64,000 nt of DNA, taken from Monocercomonoides exilis PA203 (taxonomy: Eukaryota; Protista; Preaxostyla). Position 1 is the first letter of the stretch; each line of letters starts with the position of its first letter. The position numbers and the translations under genes were made by a program. Positions 11,280 to 24,334 of the stretch are shown in pieces. The notes below the pieces were generated by a model. That model searched no databases. It saw only the letters and a program-made list of their open reading frames with translations, and was not told where the DNA came from. Location of the stretch: contig LSRY02000031.1 of the NCBI GenBank assembly GCA_001643675.2, positions 1,054,001-1,118,000 of the forward strand, read 5' to 3'.

Positions 11280-14200
11280 GTTGAGTCCGTCATAATTGAA
11301 ATTTCTTGTGGCAATGGTCATTACGTCACACAGGCTTATGTGAATCTCTTCACTTCTTTAAATTTATTTTATTTATAAAGTTTTGTTAAATCATAATTTA
11401 TTAATATCGAAAAAAAATAAGTTTCAAATGGACTGACGAATGAATTCGTTTGCAAGGTTGACGAAGAATTTTCACACATATTTTTGAAAAGCAAACGTGA
11501 ATGAGCAAAAAAGATCAAAGAATAAAATTTTTTTGTAAAAAATGTCATCCCATTAACAATTATTTTCTATACCAAATCTTTTTTGTTGTAATTTTTTTTT
11601 TCTTCTTTTTCATTCAGATTTCTTCAAATGAATAGAAAAACATGTGAAGAAGAATTTGCAAAAAAGCATAGCGAAAAGGTCGGAATTTCGTGAAATTAAA
11701 GGAATTTTTAAGTCTTATTTTTAAACTTTTTTGATTCAAGGATGTTGTAAAATTTTTGGTTGATTTATCATTAATAATTGAAGAATCACATAAAAAAGGA
11801 AGATATATCGGAAATTTGAATCCAGCATTAGTTCAAATTGACGAAAACAAAATGTTTCACATTGGTTTGATGATAATGATGTTCTTTTTTCGAAATTTTC
11901 AACATTATGAGTCTTGCAAATTATTTCCAACAGGAAATTCAACATTTTCATCAGAATTTTATCAGCACCCAAGCAAGGATTTAATGTTTCCAAGGTTTGA
12001 AAGATTTATCTTTTTGGTACATGTGACTCCTTTTTGTAATATATTATTCGATGATATTTTCTTTCTTTATTTTTTTATGAAAGAAATTATATTGCTCCAG
12101 AGCTCTTTGAACGCTACCAGTTTGAGAATTTCACAGATTTATTTTGTAAAAATATTTCGGAATAACCAATTTAGTTTATCATCAGCGACAGATATTTGGT
12201 CACTTGGAGTTTTGACGTATCAATATGCAATTGGAAAGCATCCGTTCACAGGAACTGGAGTTCGTCCAACAAATTATCCTCAAAGCATTGATAATGTATT
12301 TGTTACGTCTCTTGGAATGTGGCATTTTAACAATAAGCTTTCTGCTCTTGTGCAAAAGATGATTTCACCTGTGTGACTTCAATGCATTTATTATTTTGAG
12401 GTTAAGCTTTGAAATGTCTTGAAAACATTTATTTATATTATTATTATCTTGATGTTCGTTCCAATTTTTAAAAATTTTTTATTTTTTTATTTGAAAATTC
12501 ATAATAATTCAATTGCTTGGAGCAGGATCCGAAATGCAGACCAACCCTTGCACAGATATTAAAGAATGATTTTCTTCAGGAAGAAGTCGAATACGAAAGG
12601 GCTTTATACGCTTCTCTGGAAAGTAATTCACAAATCTCTGATTCAGACTTTGGTATTTCTTCTTCTTCTTCTTCTTCTTCTCCTTCTTCTTCTTCTTCTT
12701 CTTCTTCTTCTTCTTCTTCTTCTTCTTCTTCTCCAACAAGCCAAGCAATCTCTTCATCACTTCATTCTGAACGCCAAACTGATTTCGTTCCTTCTTCCTC
12801 TTTCTCTTCGACCACTCAATTTTCAGCTTCTCCTCCTTTTCTGTCTTCTTCTCCTTCTTCTTCTTCTGCGAGCCCTTCAACTCCTCATCCATATGCTCCT
12901 CACATAGATCATCATAGTTATCCTTCTATTTCTTCTTCTTCCTCTTCCTCTTCTTTCTCTTCTTCTCCATCTTCTTTTTCTTTTTCTTCCTCCTCCTCCT
13001 CACTCTCCATCCCCTTCTACCCTGTCCCCCGCCTCCTCCCTCCTTCCCAGCTCGCCTGTCTTTCTCTGCCCCTCCCATTTCGAGGCATAGCAAACCCCGG
13101 AATGCTCTGCTACGCCGTCGCCCCTCTCACCCTGCTCGCCCTCCACCGCCAGTTCCGCTACACCCTCATCGCCTACAAGGGAGAAAGTTGTGCTGGCTAC
13201 ACGCCGCGCAATCTGGTGACTGAGTCCAACAGAAGCAGCAGCAGCATCATGGCCTACTCATCTGAATGGGGCATGGACGAAGGAGAAGCACAGCGGCTGA
13301 AGGAGAGGGTGAAGACGCTGAGCGAAGGGGAGAAATGGCGATTTGCACATGTGTGGAACGTGGTGAGGGAGCTGATGAAAGAGATGAACTACCGCAGAGA
13401 AAGACGGCCAGTGACGCTGGAGAGGCTGATGGAGGTGTTTACTGACGGAGCAGGAGAGAGAATGCGAGTGGGGCTGCAGGGTGATGTGTTTGAGTTTGTG
13501 CTGGAGCTGTTTGGGCAGCTGGAGATGTTCTTTGACATGCAAAGAGCGCCGAACGTGGTGCGGAAGCTGTTTGGCGGGCGGATGCTGAACGAGGTGATGT
13601 GCGAGCGAGGGCACGTGACAAGAAACGTGGAGCCGTTCTACTTGCTGGAGACAGAAGTGGCTGGGTTTGACTCGCTCATCCCGTCGCTGCATGCGATGAT
13701 GCGGGGCTCGTTCACAGACGACTACGTGTGTGAGGAGTGCTTGAGAGAAGAGGAGGAGAAGACAGAGAAGGAGAAGATGGAGAAGGAGAAAGAAAGAAGC
13801 AGAGCATCAACTGGATTTCAATATTTGTCGCAGACACAGCTGCAGGCAAAGCCACGAAATCCTGTTTATCCTTCTTCTTCTTACCTTTCTTCTTCAAATT
13901 CTTCTTCTTCTTCTTCTCCGTTTGGTTTCTCTCCTTCCTTCACTTCGTTGCACACCAGGAATCCTTCTTTGTCTCTGCAAAACTCGCTTTCTTCCTCTCG
14001 TTTCGGAGCAAAGACGATGTGGATGACACAAAGAGAGCAGGAAAAACACTCAGAAACACTCAAAAAAAGCATGTATAATATGAACAGCAGCATCAGAAGC
14101 AGCATGGGAAGAGGAGGAGGAGGAGGAGGAGGAAGTGGAGGTTTCATTGGGGATGTTGGTACAGCCCCAATCCGCTCTCCCTCGCGAGTCATCCACAGAA

Positions 14201-15084
14201 GCAGCCTGAGGGACCTTCCAAACACGCTTTTCGTTCATCTGCGGCGCTTCGACATCGACCAGAGCACGTTCCAGAGAAAGAAAGTGAACTCGTTCTTCCG
14301 CTTCCCCATCGACGAGGAGCTGGACATGTCGCCGCTGATGGAGGAGTCGAGGGAGCATTCAGAGAGAGGGAAGTCTCAAAGGGAGATTTTTGAGGGGGCA
14401 GCGGAAGCGATTCGGAAGCAGCTGCCGATGCCGCCTGCGCCGGCGGGCGGGTTTGCGAATCTTTTGAGGCCGAGCTCGTTCACACGGTACAGTCTGGCGG
14501 GTGTGATATGCCACAGTGGGAGCATTGAGGCTGGGCATTACTATACGTTTGTGAGGGTGAGGGAGAAGGAGAAAGAAGGGAGAGGAGAAAGAGGAGGAGG
14601 AGAAGGAAAGGAAAGCTGGGTGCTGATAAATGATCATATGGCCAGCCGGGTGAGGGGAAAAGAAGAACTCGAAGATCAGTTTTTTGGAGGCCCAGCATCG
14701 ATGAGCAAGACGGTGGAGGCGCTGGCGAGGGAGATTGAGATGGAGAGTGAAAGAGAAGGAGAAGGAAAAGAAGGAGAAAGAGAAAGAAAAGAAGGAGAAG
14801 GAAGAAGAAGGCTGAGAGAAGAGCTGGCTGGGGAGAAGCCGTACAGCGCAGTCATTGCGATGTACCAGCGGGTGCTGCCAGAGAACGAGTGGGTGGAAGA
14901 AGAGCAAGAGAAAGAGAAGGAGGTGTGGGAGAGGAGGTTTGAAGAGTATCGGAAGTATATGGAGAGAGGGAGAAGATACGAAGCAGACATGTTGCTGAAA
15001 GAGCTGCCTTTTCCGCCTTCGTTCCCGTTTTTGAAGCTGGATGACAAGAGAATTAAGAAAGAGGATGAGAAATTGGATGAGTGA
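11280..15084 (+). CDS. Multi-exon pseudokinase fused to a USP (C19) deubiquitinase domain
   Basis: Spliced kinase motifs FVCK, YIGNLNP, YIAPELF, TDIWSLG and MISP|DPKCRPT (GT-AG intron 12371-12525). USP motifs GIANPGMLCY, QGDVFEF, LPNTLFVHLRRF, VICHSGSIEAGHYYTFV and WVLIND. The 5' exons and start are approximate. Confidence 0.8.
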
Positions 15085-16206
15085 GAAGGGGGAAGGAGAA
15101 GAGGAGAGGAGGAGAAGAAGAAGAAGAAGAAGAAGAAGAGGAGGAGGAAGAGGAAGAGGAAGAAGAAGATTTGGTTATAACCAATTTTTAGGTGAAAACT
15201 TTTTAAATGGTTTTTCATTAATTTCTTTGAAAGAAAGATTATATATAATTATAAGGGAAATGAAAAGAAAATTGGATGAAGAAGAAAGAAAGGAAAGGAA
15301 AGGAAAGGAAGTTAAAGAAAGAAGAAAGAAGAAAGAAGAAAGAAAAAGAAGAAGAAGAAGAAGAAGAAGAAGAAATATTTATTTTAAGTTAAAGGAGCAG
15401 AAATGCATATGTGAAGAAATTATTGTCAAGACTGACGAAGATAATACTGGAAAGAAAGGATGATTGTGAATATTAGAATGATTTTATTTTATTTTTTATT
15501 TAATTTTTTATTTATTTTATTTATTTTATTTTATATTTTGTAAAAGAAAATGGTGATCAATGTTTGTTTTCATATGGCGGATTGAGGAATTTTGGGCTTT
15601 TTTTATTGTTCATTTTATTTTTTTTAGTAATATATTTGTGGAGAAATGTAAAGAGCCTGAAAAATAATTTTTTTGGAAATGAAGAAAGAAAAGAATGAGA
15701 ATTAGAAAAAGAAAAAGTGAAAGAAAAGAATAAGAATAAGAATAAGATTCGAAATGAAAATGCCATATCCAATTTATGAAAGACATTTCATAAAGAAGAA
15801 TACAGTATTAATTGAAGAACAGCTAAAGAACAATAAAAAGGAAAAGTGATTTAAGAAAAGCTTTTGGATGCATATTATAAAAGTCTTGTGAATGCAATTC
15901 AAACAATCAACTAACTTGAAGGAGAACAAGAATTGGCTTTGGTGGAAAGGAAAGAAACAATTTATTTTAAGATTATAGGTTTTTGATTTTTATTATTTGA
16001 AATTTATTTTGAAGAAATTGCATGTTTTTCAACTTTTTAAGCTGATTAATAATTGTTCACTAAATAACTGAACATAACTTTTTTATAATGAAAGCTTTTT
16101 TCATTTCATTTTTTTCATTTGTGGTTTGAAGTTTCAATTTTTTCAAATCAAAATTTCCATTATTGCATTTCATTTTTCGATTATTGAAAGAACAACTATT
16201 AAAATC

Positions 16207-16513
16207 ATGGAAGTTCGAGCATATATATCACAACAAGAAGAAGGTGGAGAACATAAAGAAACAGAACTTTTTCTTATGAAAGGTTTGAGATTTTTCTATA
16301 AATTCAAAAGTATTCAAGAATTGTTAACTTTCTTTTTTTAACTAAGTTGAACAGGGATCGAATTATATGGAATCTTCTTCAAAGGTTAAGGAAATTAAAA
16401 AAGAAGTGGATGAAAAACTTACGGAGTATTTGGAACAAAATTCTGTAAAGGAGAAGGAAGAAAAAGAAACTGAAAAAAAACAAAAACTCGGAACACCTAA
16501 AGGAATTGCTTGA
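16207..16513 (+). CDS. Small two-exon hypothetical protein (~80 aa), weak Gon7-like resemblance
   Basis: ATG at 16207; donor G|GTTTG at 16283; the AAG acceptor at 16346 gives an open frame to TGA at 16511-13. The nearby CAG acceptor gives only 36 aa. Confidence 0.4.
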
Positions 16514-17216
16514 TAAAACTCAAAAACACTATTTTGCACCTGCATTTTGCATAAAGTATTTTTTTGGAATTTCTTTCTTTCAGAGAAGAATTAGAGTATT
16601 TTATTCAATTATAACTTCATTCATTATTTACATGAATCTTTTGTGATTTTTTCGAGTCAAACTTGATCCGCGAAGCAAAGCTGTTGAATTTAATAATATT
16701 TTAAAATTAAATGCTGGTTAATTTTTTTCATTGAAAATGTGAAGTGGTTTTAAAAACAAATGAAATTTGAATGCTCTTACAATCAAATTAAAATGGCTTA
16801 AAGGCAGATGAATGAACAAGCGAATATCGAATTTTCTTCGAGAAACTGCTGAGCAAACAAATTATTAAAGGAAGACTTTCGAAGTTAAAAGGAAAAAATG
16901 AAAATCATTTTCATTCTCTATTTTATTTCATTCTATCAAAATGAAATGAAATAAAAATAAAAAATCAAATAAATGTTCAAATGATAATTTTCGATTTTGA
17001 GAAATGTTACAAATTGAAAAATAAACATTTGAGTAATAAAAATAAATAACATCTCATTTTCTCAAATATTTTCATTATTAGCTGATAATTAAACAGTCAA
17101 TCCAATTTATATTTTCAATTGAAAAAAACTACAAATAACAGTTTGTGGATAAAAGCAATAATCAAAAATACAAAAATTGAAATTTAGAGAAACAAAATGA
17201 AAAGCGTCTCACTTCA

Positions 17217-18657
17217 TCAAACATACACAAAATAATCAGAAATATCCAATGAAAAATTATCAAAATCAAACACTTTCAGATAATCAAATCTTTCAATTAA
17301 GCTTGTGATCAAATCTTCGTATCCTTCTTCTTCCATCTTTTCAATCACTTTTCTTTTCAACTCTTTTCTTTTCGCTTCTTCCATTTCATCTTTCGTCTCT
17401 TCTTGTAATCTTTCTGAAAGCTCCAAGAGGAATAAGAGACAACAAATTGTAATATGGTCATTCAATGATTGCTGCAAGATCTCTTCCAAAATAGCCTCAA
17501 CAGCTTTGCCTTTAAACAAGTCTTCAACTTTCACAACTCCCTTTTCCAATGCTGCTTCAAACACACTAACGCATTGCTCGCTTAAACATCTGCAATTATC
17601 CTTTGCTGCTCGAAATACCTGAACAATGCTGCTGATAAGTTCAGCAAAACTTTCATTTGGCAATTTGAACCAAAAAAAGAAATCTTTAATCGCAAAAAGC
17701 CATTTCTTGATAATAAACACTTCTTTCCCTTCTTTTCCTCTTCTTTCCTCTTCTTTCTCTCTCTTCCAGTCCACACTTTTTGTCAGCTCTTCCAGTTCTC
17801 TCGCAGCCTCTCTTGCAAAATGCAGCTTATTCACGATGAGTTCTTCAAAGCTGCCATCACTGAAGAATCTGCTAATCAAAAACTGCCAAGCAGACTGATA
17901 GGCGAGTCGTGAAAGATTGAAACACTCTTGATGATATTCGATGATATCTTTAATTTCATTCAGAAAAATTTCTTTTCCTATTTTCTAACAAATATTAATA
18001 AAAATAAAAATAATACGAATGCACACACATAAAATTCATGAATGTTGCTCAAGGCCAGCAAAGCCATTTCCACTTCTTTTTGAGCTTCCACGTTTCCCTC
18101 TTTCTTCGATGCAACTTTCAGAAGGCAAGGAATACAAATCGATAGTAATTCTGAAGAGAAGTCATAACAAAGAAAAATAAAGCGTCCACAAAGATCAGCC
18201 AGTAGCGCTTCAACTTTTTCTTTTTTTCTTATATTCATCAATAATCATCTCTTTAAATCTTCCGTTCAATTTAGAATGAAAAAAACAACTTCCAGGTGCA
18301 CCTTTCATTATTTTGCAATATCCAACGCGCTTCAACAACAAAATTGCTTTTCCCAACGTAATTTTCTCCTTTTCAGTCATTTTATCTATTTCATTGAACA
18401 GACATATCGTGATAACAGTTTTTAATTCATCTTTATCCATCACTTCCATCACTTTGAACATTTCTTCGATTTTACTTTCTGTTTCTGCTCTTCTTCATCA
18501 CAATCTTCCAGCCCAGAAAACAATTCTTAAAGGATCATTAAATAAAATGAAGCTGAACAATCAAACCATTAAATTTTTCGTGCAAACTTAAAAACTTCTC
18601 TGTTGGTGGCAACTTTTGAAACTCATAGATATGCTTATCTTCAGTCTGCATTGTCAT
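17217..18657 (-). CDS. Lineage-expanded helical protein family ('KMEEEGYED'), copy 1, multi-exon
   Basis: Motifs QKEVEMALLAL, LNEIKDII, FAREAARELEEL and KRKVIEKMEEEGYED are shared with three other copies in the window. Confidence 0.7.
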
Positions 18658-19205
18658 TCTTTTTATTGCAAAAAACGTTATATTTATCGAACAAAGATTT
18701 GTATAAAATGAATAATTGATAAATATAAACATCGTTGATAATCATAGAAAATTAAACTCTAACTATTTCAATGCAATCGCTTTCCTTTATAAAAAATGTG
18801 ACAAAAATGTAATTATCTTCAATGCCAATGATCTCGAAGAAAAAAGTCAGAAAAGAATTTTTTTGTTTCTGTTGATCAAACCAACAAATTATTTGAGAAA
18901 AGGAATTTTCAATGCAACTCGTTTTTAATTTGTTATGACATTATATATTTTCAATTGGAATATATCGCAGAAACAAAAGTGGGATTTTAACGAAGAGAAA
19001 ACTGAAACTGCAAACAAAAAAGGAAATGGATATTTAGTCTCATTTTTTTGTGAAGAAGAATGTGATTGAAGACAATAACAATAAATGTCTTCATTTTCAA
19101 TAAATAAATATATAAATTAGAAAATTTTTTATAAATGAACGAATGAATATTTTTTTCTTTTTCAATTTTCAGTTTTCAGTTTTCCTAAAAATAATTTTTG
19201 AAATA

Positions 19206-19560
19206 CAGATTCCGATAAAAATTCAAAACAAGATCGTTTTTAAAAATAGCTGCAAGAGAAGATGTTCTGATAATTTTCCTCCATACTTATCTTATCTTTT
19301 CTATCTCTTTATGCAAACCAGGCTTTCTTTTTCGTATCAACTGAATATTACGAAAATAATTATTATTGAAATATCGGAGGAACTCAAAATCCAATTTCTT
19401 TAATATTTTGTTAATTTATTTGTTCCATAATCAGTTGACATGAATAGAAAAAGTCTCAAATAGCAAATGAGTTAACATTGATTAGATAAGTTTGAAGAAA
19501 AATAATCAGAATTATTCCTCAAATTATTATTGAGAAAACGATTTTGTTCGGTATTTTGAG
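19206..19560. mobile_element. Older, diverged copy of the CAG-ended MITE at 19736
   Basis: Colinear similarity (tacagat...caagatcg...ctgcaaga...tcggaggaactcaaaat...aataatcagaattatt...cggtattttg). Confidence 0.55.
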
Positions 19561-19624
19561 AACATAACATTCTTGGAACTAGCAAAATAAAAATATATTT
19601 TTCAAAAGGATATTGACAAAAAGT

Positions 19625-20258
19625 GTGTGGTAATATTTGAAATCATATTTTTGATTAACAAAAATTTCGGTTTGAGAAATTGGATTGAATTTTTATTGAA
19701 AGAACACATTAAAGTGAGAGGACTTAAAAAAGATACAGATATCGCACAAAATACCGGACATCGCACAAAATACCGGACAAGATCGATATCACGATAACTG
19801 CAAGATAAATAATTCTGACAATTTTCCCCAAAATATATCTCATCAATGCAAACTCATTTGATATACAGATCTTTCAAAGCAGCTTCATTTGTGCTCAGAA
19901 AAAATTAATATCGAAATCTCGGAAAAACTCAAAATACTATTTCTCCGAGATTTCAAAAATTAATTTTTACTGAGCACAAATAAAGCTGAAGTGAAGTCTT
20001 ATTTTTCAAATGAGTTTGTATTAATGAGATATATTTTAATGAAAATAATCAGAATTATTTATCTTGCAGTTATCGTGATATCGATCTTGTCCGGTATTTT
20101 GTGCGATATCTGTAATTGGAACTTGAATTTTTCTTAAAAATCAAATTTTAGAGAATCACAAACTATTGTTCATTTATATGAAAATTTTTTTGTGAATAAT
20201 AAGAAATCTTTGAGAAATCAACACACAGAGAAAAGTTATGGTTTCAAAAATAATCACT
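19625..20258. mobile_element. Degenerate 260-bp-family MITE split by a nested younger MITE
   Basis: Its ends match the 1184/48479 family. Length minus the nested element is ~255 bp. Confidence 0.6.
19736..20112. mobile_element. 377-bp Tc1/mariner-type MITE, TA|CAG...CTG|TA
   Basis: Long TIRs CAGATATCGCACAAAATACCGGACAAGATCGATATCACG; a 19-bp tandem duplication in the left TIR; TA TSD. Confidence 0.85.
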
Positions 20259-20831
20259 AAAGTTAATTTTAGAATTTTTTAATCATCGGACCTTCAGTGA
20301 AGTCAGTGGCAATCAATGGAGTCAATATTTTTTAGGGAGGAAATTTTGATTTTATTTATGATATGAAGTATTGTTAGAAGAACATAATAAAATGAATAAA
20401 TGAAATTAAAATTGATAGAAAATTCAAATTCATAAAAATTGTAATAAATATAATGTGAAACAAAATTTTTCATGCAAAATATTTCTTCCCAAAAATGAAA
20501 AATTATTGGTCTATTTTTCAACTGATAAATGTTCTCATCCAAAAGAATCATCAATGTTATCTGGGATATGCGATAAAATACAAGACAAACAAAGAAAACC
20601 AACATCTGATATTTCGAAATGAGAAACATTTGTTTTAAATAATAATTTAAATATAAAACAAAAGATAAAAATAACAAATAAATGTTTTTTCACATTCCAA
20701 CTTATTTTGTTTCAAAATCTTTGAATTATTTCAAAATTTTTTCGCGAAAAAACTATTTATGGTGTGCAACCATTTTTGGTGATATTCACATATTCAAAAG
20801 ATTTTTTTGAGATATCGCTCGATATTGAATA

Positions 20832-21994
20832 ATGGATCAAACATTATCGTCTACATACATCCCCACAACAGAATACTATTTAGTTCCAGATTCTAGGCCT
20901 ATTGTTTCGGAAAATGAACTGAAAATTGCAGTTGCTGAAAAGGTTTGAAATCTTCTTCCTCCACTTGTACAGTTGTTTAAATGTAAACATTTCTTTTTAA
21001 TAATTTATTTTCAAATATTGATGAAGGATCTCGAACAAAATGAAATCGAAAGAAAGCGAATTTCAAGCCAATATTATCAAAGCCGTGCTATTGGAGGCTC
21101 TTTACATGTTGAGGTTTTTCAGATATTTATTATTTTGTTTATCATCATCTAAAATTTCATATTTACTGTTTGGTTTTATTTTTATTGATTTTTTATTGTG
21201 ATTCACAACAGACAAGACTTCAGGAAGCTGAAAAAATGATTGCTCGTATTGAATCACGCCTTGCATCACTTCATTCACCATCAAGAACAAGATCAACTCC
21301 AGGAAGATATTACACTCCCTCTAAAATGCTTTCAACCACAAATTCGAGAATGAGATCTTCAAATCAACCATTGGATACTCCATTTACTCGTTCACAAATA
21401 AATGAAAATGAAAATACAAGTCAAAGAACCGAGAAAACTCCATTTGCCCCAGCCGATAAAACACCTCTTCCTTCGATAGATTATTCTTCGATATCTTCTG
21501 CACTTCACACTGAATTACCTCATGAAAATGCAACATGCGATCAACAAAATGATCGTCCAAATCCAAAAAAAGAAGAAGAAGAAGAAATGAGAAGTGATGC
21601 AGAGGAAATTGATGCAGAAGAAGAACAAAAATGTGCACAGCGAAGCTCAACCCTGAAGGAAAGCGACAATGAGAAGGAAATCAAAGAATATCACGATGAA
21701 GAAGAGAGCGAGCAATCTGAACTGAATGAAAGTAGCTCAGACAGATCGTCTTCGAAAGGAGAATGCAGCCCGATGAAAGAAGGAAACACGTGCGAAAAGG
21801 GAGAATGCTGTGAAGACGAAAGAGAACAGCCAAAACAGGAAGAAGAACAACAACAAGAGGAAGAAGAAGGATGCGATGAAGGAAAAGAAGAGGAAGAAAT
21901 GTGTTTGAGAGATGAAGTGAAGTCTTTATCACAAAGAATAACGCAAATTGAATCGACTTTACAATGGATTGCTAAAAAATTAGAGACAATTTAA
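20832..21994 (+). CDS. Three-exon acidic, low-complexity/coiled-coil hypothetical protein
   Basis: ATG at 20832; canonical phase-0 GT-AG introns (~20944-21026 and ~21114-21211) join into ORF 21170-21994; C-terminal coiled coil LRDEVKSLSQRITQIESTL. Confidence 0.7.
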
Positions 21995-22709
21995 TATTTT
22001 TTCATTTTTATTTGTTGTGTTTTTAAAAATATTTTCAATTTTTATCTGAGAATTTCTTCTTCAATTCAAAAATAATAGCTTTTTTTAACAAGATTCAAAT
22101 TTTTGGATATGAAAAAATAAAAAAAACATTTTCTTAATAAGTTCATTTCATAAAATCAACAAACACTTTTGTTTTGTTAATATCCAAACATTCATTTTCA
22201 TTGAATTATTTCTTATCTTCTTTCTTTTTCCACTTGGGATTAACAATTTCTTTCTTGATGATAAAAGTACATCAAAATCAAAGCTTTTGCAACTGGCTTT
22301 TCCGCTTTTGATTTTATTTTAATATTCTTTCTTTCTTTCTTTCTTTCTTTTCACCTTATTTATGATTTTTTTATTTATTAATATTTATTTTTTTATATAT
22401 ATAACATATGAAAATTTCATATTAAGAAGGAGTACCTCAATGTGTTGTGAGCGATAGGAGAAAGAAGTTGAAAAAAGGATTACAAGAAGGCACTGACGAT
22501 GCCAACAACAACTGAGAGCAGTAAGAATTGTGCAATCATATTAATATATATATATATGAAGAATTGATTGCATTTGACAAATAAATGAATAAACAAATGA
22601 ATAAATAAAAATAAAAATAAAAATAAAAATTAAAATTAAAGTTGAAGTTTGAAAAGCAAAAGCCTTATTCACAGGAATTTGAACAAGAAATCTTTTGTTT
22701 TGTTGAAAA

Positions 22710-22710
<1 letters not shown>

Positions 22711-22740
<30 letters not shown>

Positions 22741-22828
22741 AAGAAGAAGAAGAAGAAGAAGAAGAAGAAGAAGAAGAAGAAGAAGAAGAAGAAGAAGAAG
22801 AAGAAGAAGGTGAAGAAGAAGAAGAAGA
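22711..22828. repeat. (AAG)n microsatellite
   Basis: Direct inspection. Confidence 0.95.
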
Positions 22829-23050
22829 CTAAGTTAATTAATTAATTAAAAAAAAATGTTTGAAAATTAAAAATAACCAATCAGAAATGAAGTGTGTTTA
22901 CAGCTTGTAACCAATAAAATTCCAAGTAATTCGCTAAGAACTCTTGCTTCAACCCTTCCCCCTCTTCCCTTCTCAAATCAAACGCCCATCCAATCCAGTG
23001 CTTTTACAACTCTCTCTTTTTGCTTTTTTTTTCCCCTCACACTTTGTTTC

Positions 23051-24334
23051 TCACATTTCCGGGTCGCTCTCTTCCAAAAGCCCGCTCTCTTCCAATAGCC
23101 CTTCGTCTTCATCTCCATTCTGGTTTGTGCTTGTGCCACTGCTCGCCCCATTCGCTTCCTGAATTGTTGAGTCTTTGTTCAGATCGTCTCCCATCACATA
23201 CATCTTCTCTCGCTCGCTCAGCGAGTGCATTCTTGTCCCTTCTCCTTCTCCTTCTCCTTCTCCCTCTATTTTCCTTTCCCTTTCCTCTTCTTCTCCTTCA
23301 TCTTCAGTGCCTTTCTGGAACAAGTCTTCATCGTCTTCCTCAAACCGGTCGTCACTCGTATGCATCGTTCGCATCGGGCTTTGCCTGTTTATCTCTTTTT
23401 CCCGTTCTTCATTCTCTTCGTCGTCTGAGTCCGCTGTGCTGTCCAATTCGTCCTCCCCAGCAATTCCAGGCCGCATGCGCTTCAGCGTCGATTGAAGTGA
23501 AGAGAGCAGCAGAGAAGAATGTGCTGTAGATTTCTTTTCAATCTCGTCAACTGACTTCAGCGGAGTGCCACCAGGTGAACTGAAGCGAGATAGGGAGTGT
23601 TTGCAAAACAAGAATGATGCAATTTTAACATATATACATGAATTTATATTTTGAACAATGCAAAAATAATTTTTATCGTTAATTTAACTTTTTTGTTTAA
23701 ATGGAGCACAAACCGTTTAATAGTTGTTGATCTTAGCTTTTGTGAACCAGCAATAAGATCTTGCATTTTTATTGAAGGAGTGTTCAGCGTAGATGGGTTT
23801 GTTCTGTTTTGATTAACTGGTGTATTTAACATTGTTAAAGCTCTCTGATGCTAAAAACGCAAAACATACACAATTATCAATAAATGATGAAAAACAATCA
23901 AACTTTCGGTTTTGGATTATGCGCCACAGGTAATGGAGGAGCTACAGGTATTGTAGAAACTTGTGTAACTGGAGGAAGAGGTGGTGCTTGAGGAATAGTT
24001 GAAGTTTGCGCTGATGCAGCTTCTTGACGAACAGGAAAAGGAGATGTTTGAACGGAAGTCTCCACCATTTCATTTTCTGTTCGTTCTTTTGAAGTTGCTT
24101 CTTTCTCCTTTTGAACATCAGCAAGAAGCTTTCTCAATTTAGCAATCTCATCTTCTTTTTCCTTTAATAAAGATGCAGGATCTTGAATTTGTGCAGCTCC
24201 TTGCACATCTGAAAAAGCGCAAGTTTCTTGATTCGAAGTTTTATTTGTTGGAAAGGCTGCGTTCTTTTTTTGCTTTAATTATTCATAAATCATCAAATTA
24301 ATCAAATGCAAAATGTTGAAAATAAAATTACCAT
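23051..24334 (-). CDS. MTFR1/MTFR2/PRR11-like protein (coiled coil, PPLP, WH2-like helix, RSPGGTP)
   Basis: Canonical introns join KEDEIAKLRKLLADV, APPLPP, MQDLIAGSQKLRSTTIK-R|SPGGTPLK and SLLLSSLQSTLKRMR. The start exon is uncertain. Confidence 0.6.

Noticed and set aside
11865-12525. Non-canonical splice sites in the kinase region
   Set aside because: Canonical GT-AG pairs (CAACAG|GA, GAGCAG|GAT) give a coherent kinase sequence.
13258-14907. Long antisense ORFs over the USP exon
   Set aside because: Expected shadows of a GC-richer coding region; no independent motifs.
22642-22845. Poly-Lys, poly-Glu, poly-Ser and poly-Leu ORFs (also at 12509, 15041, 27726-28073, 39541-40027)
   Set aside because: They arise from (AAG/TCT)n microsatellites read in various frames.
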